Shown: positions 49,588 to 61,591 of the stretch, one piece after another | Position numbering within the stretch: position 1 is the stretch's first letter | Layout: each line of letters starts with the position of its first letter | Assembly (NCBI GenBank): GCA_965603825.1 | Contig: CBFDEM010000018.1 | Coordinates: 310,001 to 374,000, forward strand | Length of the DNA: 64,000 bases | From: Blepharisma stoltei ATCC 30299 | Taxonomy: Eukaryota; Protista; Ciliophora | Reading direction: 5' to 3' | Program-made: the position numbers and the translations under genes | Notes under the pieces: generated by a model | The model's input: the letters and a program-made list of their open reading frames with translations, nothing else | Told to the model about the DNA's origin: nothing | Database searches by the model: none

Positions 49588-49744
49588 TGAATTTTTACAT
49601 GATTTGTTATAGTTAGAGAAAAAAGTTGGAAAATTCTTATAGAAGTAGGAGTTTACTGGGCTATTTTACTATTAATGATAAGATTATATAGTAAAAGGAA
49701 AGAATAATGAAAACTAATCAATAATATCATTGTAAAAAATAATA

Positions 49745-51490
49745 ATGAAAGCGATGTCTCAAGAGCCGGCGGGAAATCTTACAAACAATAGCACTAGCCA
49801 AACTTGTTGCCTTTGCCCTCCTATCTATGCGACATACGCAAGCAGCCCTATGAAGAAAGTATCTAGCAATAAATGAGCACATGTAGAGTGTAAAATTTAT
49901 TTAGGCATTCAATACATATTGGAAACATACATCGATGATTCTGATCCTGAGTTTCCTGTCAAAGGGGTCGAAGACATAGATCCTTCTGCTTATATATTAA
50001 AATGCGCAATTTGTGAACGAAGATCATGCGGCGTCTGTGTAAACTGTGGAGATCAGTCATGTCCATATACATTCCATCCACAATGTGCAATTAGAAAAGG
50101 GTTAAAAGCAGATCCTCCTCATCTATATTGTCCTGATCACTCCAATATCCCAAAAGAACCAAAACCTGCTCCTCTACCTGCACATATGATTAAATCAGAA
50201 AAGCCGATTAAGAATGAAATAGTCTTGATTAACCATCGGTTTACCTCTTCCCAATCTATCAAACATTTAAGGCGTATAAAAGCGTCAACAGACTCAGACA
50301 ATTTTTCGATAATTGAAGATAATTTTAAAAAGTTTCCTCAAGATTTGCTTATTAGATCGTCATTACCTTATGAGAAAAAGACAATCTCAGGGATTTCTAA
50401 GCCACTCCAAAGCTTAAATAAATGTAGCGCCCTCATACATGGGCATGATCTCGTTGCTTTAGTGCAGTTTATTTTAACTTCTAGAGAACGAAAAAGAGCG
50501 TCCTCAGATTATTTTATTGTGCAGCCTTATCAAGGAGAAGTATCAAATCTCAAATTTGATATGCTGCTTAAATATTATAAACTCTTTAACAGAGATTTTG
50601 GGACAGATTTAGAAATAATAGGAAGATGCCTAAGCGAAAGCGAATGTGGGACTGATGAAGTATCAAGAGAATTGCTATATTGCCTTGAATACCTTTCAAG
50701 AAAAACTCTCCCTTCAGTCAATCATTTAAAAGGACTTTTATCTCTTTTAGTAGAAAAACAGCAGCCAAGATTAGACATGTCAAAAATTCACGACATAAAT
50801 CGTGAAGCTTGAACTATCACACAATGGGGATTCATTTATAGATGCCTCAAGTCTGGTTTACGCGAAAAAAATCAGTCTGACTACGAAGTAAGATTCCACG
50901 CTGTCGAAGAATGCGATTGCTGTGTCTGCTATCATTGTAACGAAGATGAAACAATTTTAAACCCTCTGATTGGCTGCAGAGGATGCAAATTACTTATACA
51001 TAGAGCTTGTCTCGGATTTCAAACTTATGTTGACGATTATTATTGTGAGTTGTGTAGGGAAAAAGCATGCCCAAGATGCATACTTTGTAGTAAAAAAGGA
51101 GGGCCGATGAAAAAAGCTGGCCCTGAATGGTTTCATATATCGTGCGCTTTATGGGACCCAAAGAGAGTAGAGTTTGAAGACATAAGGAATCTAGAAGGGC
51201 TAAGGATATCTGGAGAAAATATGATAGGCCAATGCACTGTGTGCCATAAATCGCAAGGTTTATTATCTCAATGCAAAGAATGTGGAGAACTAGCTCATTT
51301 ACTTTGCGCTTGAAAAAATGGGATGAAGTTCGAAACTGAGGATTATATAAGCTCAGGAATAAGGAAACTTCTTGTCAAATTTGTTTGCCATACACACACA
51401 CCACAAAGAGATGCTGAAGAACAAAAGGATTTAAGAAGCCGGCCTTTTAGGTACTATGAAACACCTAGACTTAAGAGAAACAGAAGTTAA
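49745..51490 (+). CDS. PHD / Zn-knuckle / ePHD (PZP; BRPF-Jade-AF10-like) chromatin reader; one intron
   Basis: CCLCP...MKK...K-W(TGA 49874)-AHVEC..CAIC..C..C..FHPQCA..YCPDH, then CCVC..CRGC..IHRAC..YCELC..CILC..WFHISCA..CTVC..AHLLCA-W; TGAs at 49874, 50810, 51311; TAA at 51488. Confidence 0.88.
49890..49904 (+). other. 15-nt intron GTAAAATTTATTTAG with no in-frame stop
   Basis: Matches the other introns; splicing gives WAHVECIQYILE, in register with the ePHD W-x-H-x-x-C-x-x-[WY]-x-x-E motif. Confidence 0.75.
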
Positions 51491-51798
51491 AGCACCAACA
51501 AATATAAATTTAGCTAAATTTTGTTATCATTAATATTGGTGAAAAAATTGTTTTATGTATTTCTTTATGATACTAGCCCGCTTTGGGCTACTAAGATAAT
51601 TAAGCACATTTGCTAGACAACTATTCATGGCAACATCTTTGAAAGCAAAAAGCACATGATTCTGGGGAAGAAAGGAAGCTTAAAATAACTCTATGAGTTA
51701 TTCAAATATACCATAATATATCATTTCTTAATATATCTTTTCAAGCTAATAAATCAAATTTAAAAGTTCTATTTAAAAATCTCAATAAAAATAATAAT

Positions 51799-53028
<1,230 letters not shown>

Positions 53029-53107
53029 TTTAATTTTACTATATTTAAATATTTTGTATTGCAAAACTGTTATTATTGATTTTTATAAATTTAAAAGAAA
53101 AAACAAA

Positions 53108-54949
53108 ATGAACATTGCTATGATTAAGCCTTTGCTTCCTAGAAGTCGGCGGCCTTTACCTCATCCAGAAGACTGGAACGACCGTTTTACTCTCGCAAAA
53201 ATCCCTAACTATGATACATCTTCTGGCACTCACATATCATCTTTGAACCAGTCCAAGAGTAATGTCAAAAACATAAGGGTCAGCTCTCTGAAACCTCAAT
53301 CAAGCAGTGGCTCCACAAAATCAAGGAACCTCACAAGAAGTTCATCGAGATCAAGCAGAAGACGTCCACAAGAACTTACAGATAACCAAGTAGAAATCTT
53401 AAAAGACGAACTGAGAAATACATGAAGAACTTTTCAAATCCCAGAACAGCACCAAACTCTATATGAAAACAGAGTTTTTACTTTATCAAAGCCAAAAATA
53501 GCAGCATTAGTGGCAAGAGAAATTGATTCAATAGAAAAAAGTACGTCAAATATATGTGAAATTTTGAATTTAATAAGAGACAGGGAGTATTTATTGTCAA
53601 AATTAAAAGAAGAAGCTGACATGGTAGAGAAAATCACCGATAAAGTAGAGCTTGAAATGGCAAAATATGAATGTGCGGACTATTTAAAAAAATTAAGAGA
53701 AGTAACTCTCAATACAGTTGAAAACATTTGCATATGAAGAGAATTTTTTAAAGACTTAACCTTAGATTTTCAATGAGAGTCTAAAGGGTATTTAGAGAAA
53801 ATGCAGACTGATACCTTATTCTTAAAAGAAACTGTGCTTTCTAAATATTTCAAATTCAAATCAAAATCTGATCCTTTGCTTTTATCATTAGCTGATAAGT
53901 CTTCAGGGTCTATTATTCAAATAATGAATTTAAGTAAAAAAAAGAAACAAAAAATGCCAATTCCTATCTCATATCATTCCTATACAAGGTATAAAAAAGC
54001 TGAAGAAGTAATCAAAGCAATTGGAACTGGAAAAGAAGAAAAATCGAAGGGAAATAAAAAAGAAAATGGATTGAGACCTGCAAAATTAATAGAAAATGAG
54101 GATGAAACACAAGATCCATTTGAAGATAAATCAATGACAAAAGAAAACGTTATTTTATTGGATGAAAATGAAATTAAACAGATTTCCGAGGAGTTGGCAA
54201 GTGAATTAATTAATACAGAAGCTTGAGATAGCGCTCCTGGGATAGTTAACGAAAGCTTGCATGATATGATTAACGCAAGTCTAATGCTCTATTCCAATAT
54301 AATTCTAGACAAAGTTGTAACGACAGTCTTGATGCAGATGATTCCTGAAGTTTCTCGAGAAGCGTACAGAGAAATCAATGATTCTGAGTACATTGACATA
54401 TGGAATGGCATTATTTTATATGTGGTAGACCAAAGTGTATTAGAAATATGCTCAGATGAAGCTTTAGCAATACTTTCAGAAAACATTACTGAAAGTATTA
54501 TATCTTCTATTAAATTAGACTCCTACGTTATTGAAGCTCTATCTGAAGAAAATTCTCAAAACAAAGATATTGTCCAAGACATCCACAAGGATCTTATCAA
54601 TGATTTTGTTACTCTTGAATGGATTGAAGAGCTTGCTGAAGAAGAGCTCGTTCAATATAAAATTGATGAAGTTCGCAAAGAATTGCCTGTTCATTTGCAG
54701 AGAGAAATTTTTGTCAGGGATAAAGATATCATTTATAATAGGCTTGCAGAAATAGTTTACTTTGGAATTTTGAATGACTTTGTAGGGAATCTGTGGACTC
54801 CAGGCATAATTATTTCGGCTGTAGAAGAAGAAAAAGGGAATCAAGAGATTGATATAAATGAAATTTTCGTGCTGAGAGATCCATCTGTAGTTATTGAAGA
54901 AGTCAAAAAGTCACAAACTAATAAAATAAACTCTGTGTATCAAAGATAA
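53108..54949 (+). CDS. Hypothetical helical protein, 613 aa
   Basis: Four listed ORFs share one frame, joined by TGAs at 53423, 53735, 53774 and 54224; ATG 53108, TAA 54947. Confidence 0.78.
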
Positions 54950-55118
54950 ACTTGGGTATTTAATATTAATTATTCTTTAAGAGTCCTAGTAAAAGAAGTT
55001 GGCTTGCTTTAGGTAATTTTAAGTTGGCTTTTAAAAGGCTAATGATTAGGAAAATAAATATCTCCCTTGGATGCAGAATATAGAATAGGTAACATTTAAA
55101 ATTTAAATTAGGGGTAAG

Positions 55119-55598
55119 TTAGTTAGGGTTAATGGAGCCCATATCATATCCTGCTTCTCCAGAAATCAAACTTTTAGGATTGCTGACAACTTCTTTAAAC
55201 ATATAAACTAATCCTCCAATTATCGCAGCCTAAGTGATATTTACTCTAATAAGCCAGTTGATCCAAGACAAAAATAGAGCGAATGAGTGGATGCCTGACA
55301 ACTCATCCCACAAATCTTGATTCTTTTCAGGGGTGCTTGACCAGACACTCCCCATAGTGATTAGCCATATCAAGTCCAAGATCGCCAGAGCTACATTGAG
55401 GAGAATCAGTTTTTTCCCAATATTCTCTTTATCATCTTGTTTAACATTTGCATTGTGCCACAAGTAATAGCAAAGCAGCGAAAAAGCAAAGTTAAAATCT
55501 GTTCTCACTAAGCAGGTGAAGCTTGAAATTACCTATATAAAGCCTACAGCCATTCCTAAGAAACCGTACTCAATACCTGAAGACAGCTTTTCTTCCAT
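55119..55598 (-). CDS. Small four-TM membrane protein; two introns
   Basis: ATG 55598, 15-nt introns at 55533-55547 and 55230-55244, TAA 55119; hydrophobic helices throughout. Confidence 0.8.
55230..55244 (-). other. 15-nt intron GTAAATATCACTTAG
   Basis: Removes an in-frame TAG and restores a TM helix (WLIR|AAIIGGLVYMF). Confidence 0.85.
55533..55547 (-). other. 15-nt intron GTAGGCTTTATATAG
   Basis: Removes an in-frame TAG and links ATG 55598 to the downstream ORF. Confidence 0.85.
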
Positions 55599-55662
55599 TT
55601 ATATAAACTAAATTTAATTAAAATTACTTTTAGTATAAGACTTTCCTAAATTGCAAGCTAAC

Positions 55663-57343
55663 TTATGAGATTTCGTTTGACGGGCTATTTAATTTCAAAA
55701 ATGAAGGAGAAGTCATGAAATCAGTAGCTGTGTTTATGCTTTCTGTACAATACACGCTTTTGTGATCTTTTAATGTGTTAGTCATCATTTCGAGTTTAGA
55801 GCTAATATATGCCAAAGCTCGATTCAAATTTTTTCTATTTACATCAAATCTTGAAGATTTATCAGAAAGTTGAAAAACAATTCTGCTAATCACATTAACC
55901 GTGGAGAATAGCAAGTCTTGCAGACCATTCAAAGTGCACTCATCTTTTTCAATATTAATTATCCTTTTTTTGAATTCCCTTTTTATCTCATCAATCTTTT
56001 TAGAATTTAGACTAAAGCAAAACCCTTCTTCGAACTTATATCTATTAAGCTCATATAAAAGTTCGTATTTTTCTTTATTTAAATTGTCTATTAATTGTTC
56101 ATATTGGCTTGCAGTTATACTTAAGTTTTCAGTTTGGTCTTTTAAATATGTATAATAAGGCATCATATCTTGTATACATGAAATATTTGCCACCCTTTGT
56201 ATCGCTTTGAATTTGTTATCTTGATTTTCTTGGAGTTTCTCAAGCCTTAAAGCTTCGTTTTGAAAAATAAAAAATTCTTTTATTCCTCCAATGTCTTTTT
56301 CAAATTTTATAAGCTGAAGGGAATTATTTTTTTGTTTTTCAATTGCTTCATTTCTGCTGTGCTCAGCTGAAATACATTTAATAGCCATTTGATAGTCTTC
56401 GTAAATTTTTAATTCTTCTTCAATTTTCTGCTTGTGTAGCTTCTTTATTTTGTGGAAATCCTTCTTTAGATTATCTATTTCTTTGTTTATGTTCTCTATA
56501 TCTGCTGATAATTTTTCCAATGCACTTTTTTCATTAGCTAAGCTATTTTTTATATTTTTCAGTTTTAAACTTATAGAATCTACTGGCAGCATAAACCTTT
56601 TGATATTTTCTTTTCTATATATAAGCATGTATTTTAAGGTTTCTTGATAATATAATTCATTTCTCAATCCCTGTGTAAAATCATAATGCTCTTCGTTTCT
56701 TACATGATATAAATCCTCTATACAATCTCCTTGAGCAATCTGGTCTTGCATTTCATTATAACATTTTTCAAGCTCCCTCAATTTCTGCTGCTTTTCTAGC
56801 ACTTCATTATGTATTTCGTTATAAGCATTTTTCCTCGATATCATATAATTTCGCAATTGATAGACATGATCTTTAAGATTGCTCGTCATTTCTAGTGAAT
56901 TTGCGTTATAAATCTCTACTGAATCTCTTTCATATTGAAATTCTCTATATTTAAATCACTTTTCAACTTTTTCTTTAATATTGCTGATAAGGTCTTGAAT
57001 GTGTTTTGAAGGAATTATATTTATCGAATGGGAATTTTCTGTTTAATAGTTACTTCTTGAGAGATTCTTTCATGAGTTTCTGGCATCTTGGAAGTCAACT
57101 TCTGAAAATGTTAGGTTTCGGGATTTAACTTGTTTTTTAACAAGACAGAAGCTTGAATTTACCTTTTTTACTTTTGGAAGACTTGGAGTTGCGTCTCTGT
57201 TTTCTGTTTCTGTTGTTGTAGTTAATTCAGTTAAATGTAGTAGCCTTTTTGATGTTGCTTTTGGAAGGGAGTGCCTAAGAGACTCGATTTCTGATCAGTT
57301 TGAGCTTGTATAGGTATTACTTCATAGAAGGAGGAATGTGCAT
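55663..57343 (-). CDS. Coiled-coil protein, distant ODA-docking-complex-like; 5' structure tentative
   Basis: The core ORF 55663..56889 is solid. The frame extends upstream through 3 TGAs if a 15-nt intron (57039-57053) and a 16-nt intron (57305-57320) are removed. Confidence 0.6.
57039..57053 (-). other. Candidate 15-nt intron GTAACTATTAAACAG
   Basis: Removes the only in-frame TAA in an otherwise open stretch; A at position 10; CAG acceptor. Confidence 0.6.
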
Positions 57344-57653
57344 TAATTATGGTTTAGCTAGTTAGCAGATATAAATAATTATTTTTTATGAATTAAAAAA
57401 TACTGATTGCTAAGCTTTATACTGAATAATTCAAGATTGGAGTTAATAGTTTCTAATTTATTCATTTTTCAAACAGTTTATGTGATCAAGGGCAAGGACC
57501 AAAGTTTTTTTAATTTAATATTCCCGAATGAAAATGCAATTTCAAACCCAAGGAAAGTCATTTTCCATAACTCACTCTAATTTTTATATATAATTGAAAA
57601 TGATTTTCCCACTTAATTAGAATTTTTTATATAAATTGCACCTAAAATTTATA

Positions 57654-58349
57654 TTAGTGTTTCGGCCTTTCCCCAAAAATTAATGATCCCACTCTCACAT
57701 TTGTGGAGCCATTACGTATAGCTTCTTCATAGTCTCCAGACATCCCCATGCTAAGCTCAATTTCCCGCTCTTCCAAACTCAAAACACTGCATATCTGCCT
57801 CTTTGCCTCATTCAATATAACAAAATCCTCTGCACTTCCCCTTAGCCCAATAGTCATTATTCCTTTAAAATTAAGTGACGAGCAATTGCTTATAATGTGA
57901 CTTACAATTTCATGACAATTTTCTGGGGTGATTCCTGACTTTGTGGCCTCATTTGAGGTATTTATTTGGACAAAAACATTTAGCTTCTCATTTGGACGCG
58001 ATTTTAGAGCTTGCGTGTTAAGCTTTGTAGCTAAGTCTATACTATCTACTGTCTCTATAGCAGCCAAATTGGGAACTGAAAGCAATTTTTTGATTTTATT
58101 TGATTGAAGATGTCCTATCATGTGCCACCTAATGTCGTTTGGAAGCTGAGATGCTTTTTGTACGAGCTCATCTACGTAATTTTCCCCAAAATATCGATGG
58201 CCATTGTCATAAGCCTCTCTTATTGCTTCAGCTGGCTGTAATTTTGAAACTGCAATTAGTCTAATAGGATAATTGATCCCTAAGCTGGATTTTAGGGTTT
58301 CTATTGAATTTGTGACTCTTAGTAGATTTTCTGAAATTGCCGATCTCAT
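57654..58349 (-). CDS. PLPBP: PLP homeostasis protein (YggS/PROSC)
   Basis: LIAVSK, FGENYVDE, WHMIGHLQSNK, QINTSNEATKSG, LSMGMSGDY, VRVGSLIFGER. Confidence 0.96.
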   Translation of the reverse strand: MRSAISENLLRVTNSIETLKSSLGINYPIRLIAVSKLQPAEAIREAYDNGHRYFGENYVDELVQKASQLPNDIRWHMIGHLQSNKIKKLLSVPNLAAIETVDSIDLATKLNTQALKSRPNEKLNVFVQINTSNEATKSGITPENCHEIVSHIISNCSSLNFKGIMTIGLRGSAEDFVILNEAKRQICSVLSLEEREIELSMGMSGDYEEAIRNGSTNVRVGSLIFGERPKH

Positions 58350-58683
58350 AAAAGTTTATAAAATGAAAATAATAATTGTATTTTATGTGGATAATAAATT
58401 CCACACTAATAATTTTAATAAATCAGAGCCTAAACTTTTACGATTTTACTTAGGCTTTTAAAATATTAAAAAAAAAAAAATTTTATAAGCTTATAAAATA
58501 CAAAACTGACTATTCTGCTGCTCTAGTATTGGTATCCCCTGATTCTAGTTTGCATCATTTGATCTCAAAATATGTATAATAATCAAAATTACTTAAATAA
58601 TTTATTCAATACTAATTTACTAGGAATTCGTTAATATTTCAAATTATAGCTCTATCTCATTTGATTAAAGAATAATCCTCACA

Positions 58684-60159
58684 TTACGTATCTCTTTCAT
58701 TAATTTCACCTTCAACTTTACCATCAAAACATAAAAATTCAGAATTTCTCTTAATTAGTGTTTCTTCATATCTATTTTTGCTCTTAATAAACGTCATCTT
58801 TTTTACTTTTCTAAGTGGCAAAAAGTTTTCATCATTTCAGGTATTGATTTCTATAAAGCTTTCAGAGCGATCTATTTTTTCCTCTTCAATTTTTATTCTA
58901 AATTCTTCATCTCTAAAATTGACACTTCTAGTAATCACTGAAGAGCCCAAGCATTTAGAAGGCTCTTCAATTGAATATTTGCTTAACGTTCCACTTTCAC
59001 TAAATGACAGAAGCTCAAGCTTGGGCGGAGCTGTTGGATCATCTGCTTTCATTGTGTGAAGAAATTTTACTTTTGGATTAAGAGCTGGTTCTAAATATGA
59101 CCCATATTTTATTCTGGTAAATACATTGTGGTCGTAGCATAAATTTTTTACTTGGGGGTTTATTTGATAAACATGGGTTGTCCCTCTTGAAGTTGAGACT
59201 GAAATCCACTTTTCGCATTTGCTGATAGAAATATCGCTGATTTCAGCAAAAGTTCGGCCTCTTATTAGCTTATAAATCAGCTGATATTTTCCTGTTTCTG
59301 TAATTGATTTGGGAGGGTTTATTCTATATACATGAAAACTATGCCCATCAATAGGAGATACGACTAAAATATGTGATGACTTGCTGAACCTTAACTCAGA
59401 GACTTGCTTATTAAATGCTTGGAATTCTGTTATAACTTGGCTATTTAAAATGTTTTTGATTGTAACTTTACCGTCAAGATTATTAGCTTCGCTATTAGGT
59501 GAATCAATATATGATATCAGTTTAGAATAGCCATCTTGTGCTATGCCTTGTACTGTTTTTGAAACTTTTGTTGTGAATGAACCTGTAGCTGATTCTTGGT
59601 CTTTTAAAGAATATGCGATGTACAGGTTAGAAATTCCAGCTACCATTCTCATGCTATAAGAAAAACATCTTTCAGGAATTATTGAATATAACTTCTCAAA
59701 GCTACTTATAGAGAAAATATCAATGCTGCACGAATCCAAGCAAGCGCATAATGCTATTGAGTTGCTAATTATAGACAAAATTTTATCAGACGCTTGGATA
59801 GTATGAGAAATCCGTTTTTGCATCAATGAATAAATTTTAATACAATCCTGCGGGAATTCTGAAGTATCATACAAAGATGTGAGAGCTATTAATCCATCAG
59901 ATTCTGATGCAATGGAATGAATACTTGAGATTCCAAAATTTCGTTTTGATATTCATTGCACAGGTGAGGAAGGGTTCGATATATCTCAAATTTGAAAACC
60001 CCTTTCGTAACCAATTAATAAACATTCTTTTACTGTGCTGCTGATCCTAATTTCTGCAAATTCATAGGAAGTAATGATGTCAAGCTCCAATGGCTGAATA
60101 GTAATTGAGTCTGTTATCATTTGTAGAATAGAAGGGATGTAGCTTGTTATGGATTCCAT
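58684..60159 (-). CDS. BCAS3/ATG18-like beta-propeller protein, 491 aa
   Basis: LLIGYERGFQI-W(TGA)-D, YKLIRGRTFAEI (L/FRRG-like phosphoinositide site), STSRGTTHVY; 3 TGAs. Confidence 0.8.
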
Positions 60160-60219
60160 GTTTATTGCCTGTTTAATTATATGGAATTTTTTTATTTAAA
60201 TTTAACTAAGCATTTAAGA

Positions 60220-61200
60220 TTATCTTGACTTAACACCTAAGCAGAAATAATAAAAAATATTTGCAAGCAGTCTTCCAGTCCTATAATCTTCGACTGCAGG
60301 ATTATATTCAGACATATCCATCAAAGATACTTTATTTGAATTCCCACTCAAAAACGCTATTTCTAACGCTTCTTCAGCTGTAAGTCCACCATCCACACTT
60401 GGGCAGCTAACTCCAGGACAAAAAGCGCTGCTTATCGAATCTACATCAAAAGATATAAAAAATCTGTGGTTTTCAGGAAATCTAGCAATAATGTCTTTTA
60501 AGGCCTGCCCAGCCTGTGTTATCGGTTCTCTCAGGCTTTCCTTGAGCTCTAAACTTCTTCTCCTGATCTCTCTCATCCATATAAGTTCTCCTCCTTTTGA
60601 TTTTACATAATTTACATGTGCTTGTGCACACTGCGACCCTTGACAGGCAAATTCGAAGAATTTGCCATTCATTCCTTGGAATCTTTGGTCTTCTAAAATC
60701 ATTCTAAATGGACATCCAGAATGAAGTCTACCTTCATCATCAAGCTGTCTGACATCTAAATGTGCGTCGATATTGACTACAACTGGGGTAAAGTTATTTT
60801 CTAAGCAATAGTTGAAAAATCCGCTTGCATTTGACCAGCTTTCATCATTTCCACCTCCAACTATAACAGGAACTGGGTGATGTGGCTTGGAAAGGACTGT
60901 TTTCACTTTTGCTGCTAATTTTTCATGGGCTTTTTCAAAATTTTCTGCTTGAATGTTCCCATAGTCACTAATTAGAAATCCTTCTAAGCTGATATTAAGT
61001 TCTGGGTTTATAAGTGGGCCTATTTTAGGAATAAATCTTCTTAATGAGTCAGGGCCATAGTCTCCACCACGTCTTCCAAAATTCCTTATTACACCTTCGT
61101 CAAATGGAAAGCCAATTAAAACAACATTTCCATGAATCCCATCTTCTATAATTTTCCCAAGCTTGGGGTCATCTCTTTTGAATAAAGGATCTTCTGCCAT
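60220..61200 (-). CDS. hutG: Formimidoylglutamase (arginase/ureohydrolase family)
   Basis: GFPFDEGVIRNFGRRG, GGGND, NIDAHLDVR, HSGCPF, SFDVDSI, PGVSCP, SEYNP. Confidence 0.88.
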   Translation of the reverse strand: MAEDPLFKRDDPKLGKIIEDGIHGNVVLIGFPFDEGVIRNFGRRGGDYGPDSLRRFIPKIGPLINPELNISLEGFLISDYGNIQAENFEKAHEKLAAKVKTVLSKPHHPVPVIVGGGNDESWSNASGFFNYCLENNFTPVVVNIDAHLDVRQLDDEGRLHSGCPFRMILEDQRFQGMNGKFFEFACQGSQCAQAHVNYVKSKGGELIWMREIRRRSLELKESLREPITQAGQALKDIIARFPENHRFFISFDVDSISSAFCPGVSCPSVDGGLTAEEALEIAFLSGNSNKVSLMDMSEYNPAVEDYRTGRLLANIFYYFCLGVKSR

Positions 61201-61306
61201 ATTATTAGCTTAAATTATTTAGGTTTAGCTATTTATTTGGATTGAGGTATATCTATAACTCCATGAGACAGTCAAAATAATTCCTAGAATTTTACAATGG
61301 GAATAT

Positions 61307-61540
61307 TTAAAGCGGCCATTTTTCTAGTTTGTACAAAATAAAACTCTGCTCATAAGGAATTGCAACATAATCCACTTTTATATCAGCGGATACACTGGCA
61401 TTTGGGTCAAGAAAAGAGCACAAAACTTCTTTATTTTCAATTTTCCCTTTGATAATCCCATTTTCTCTATCCTCTTCCTGAATTTCACTCCAATCATAAT
61501 CACTTTCTAAGAATTCTCTGAGCTTTATAAGCCGATCCAT
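61307..61540 (-). CDS. Small hypothetical protein
   Basis: 77-aa ATG..TAA ORF filling the gap between hutG and the MFS gene. Confidence 0.55.
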   Translation of the reverse strand: MDRLIKLREFLESDYDWSEIQEEDRENGIIKGKIENKEVLCSFLDPNASVSADIKVDYVAIPYEQSFILYKLEKWPL

Positions 61541-61591
61541 ATTTTATATGTATAAAACGATTTAATTTTCCATATTTCCTGATATAATTAG

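Noticed and set aside
55108-55131. Telomere-like TTAGGG/GTTAGGG runs (possible chromosome breakage or telomere addition site)
   Set aside because: Only two imperfect units, overlapping the C-terminal codons and stop of the 55119..55598 gene.
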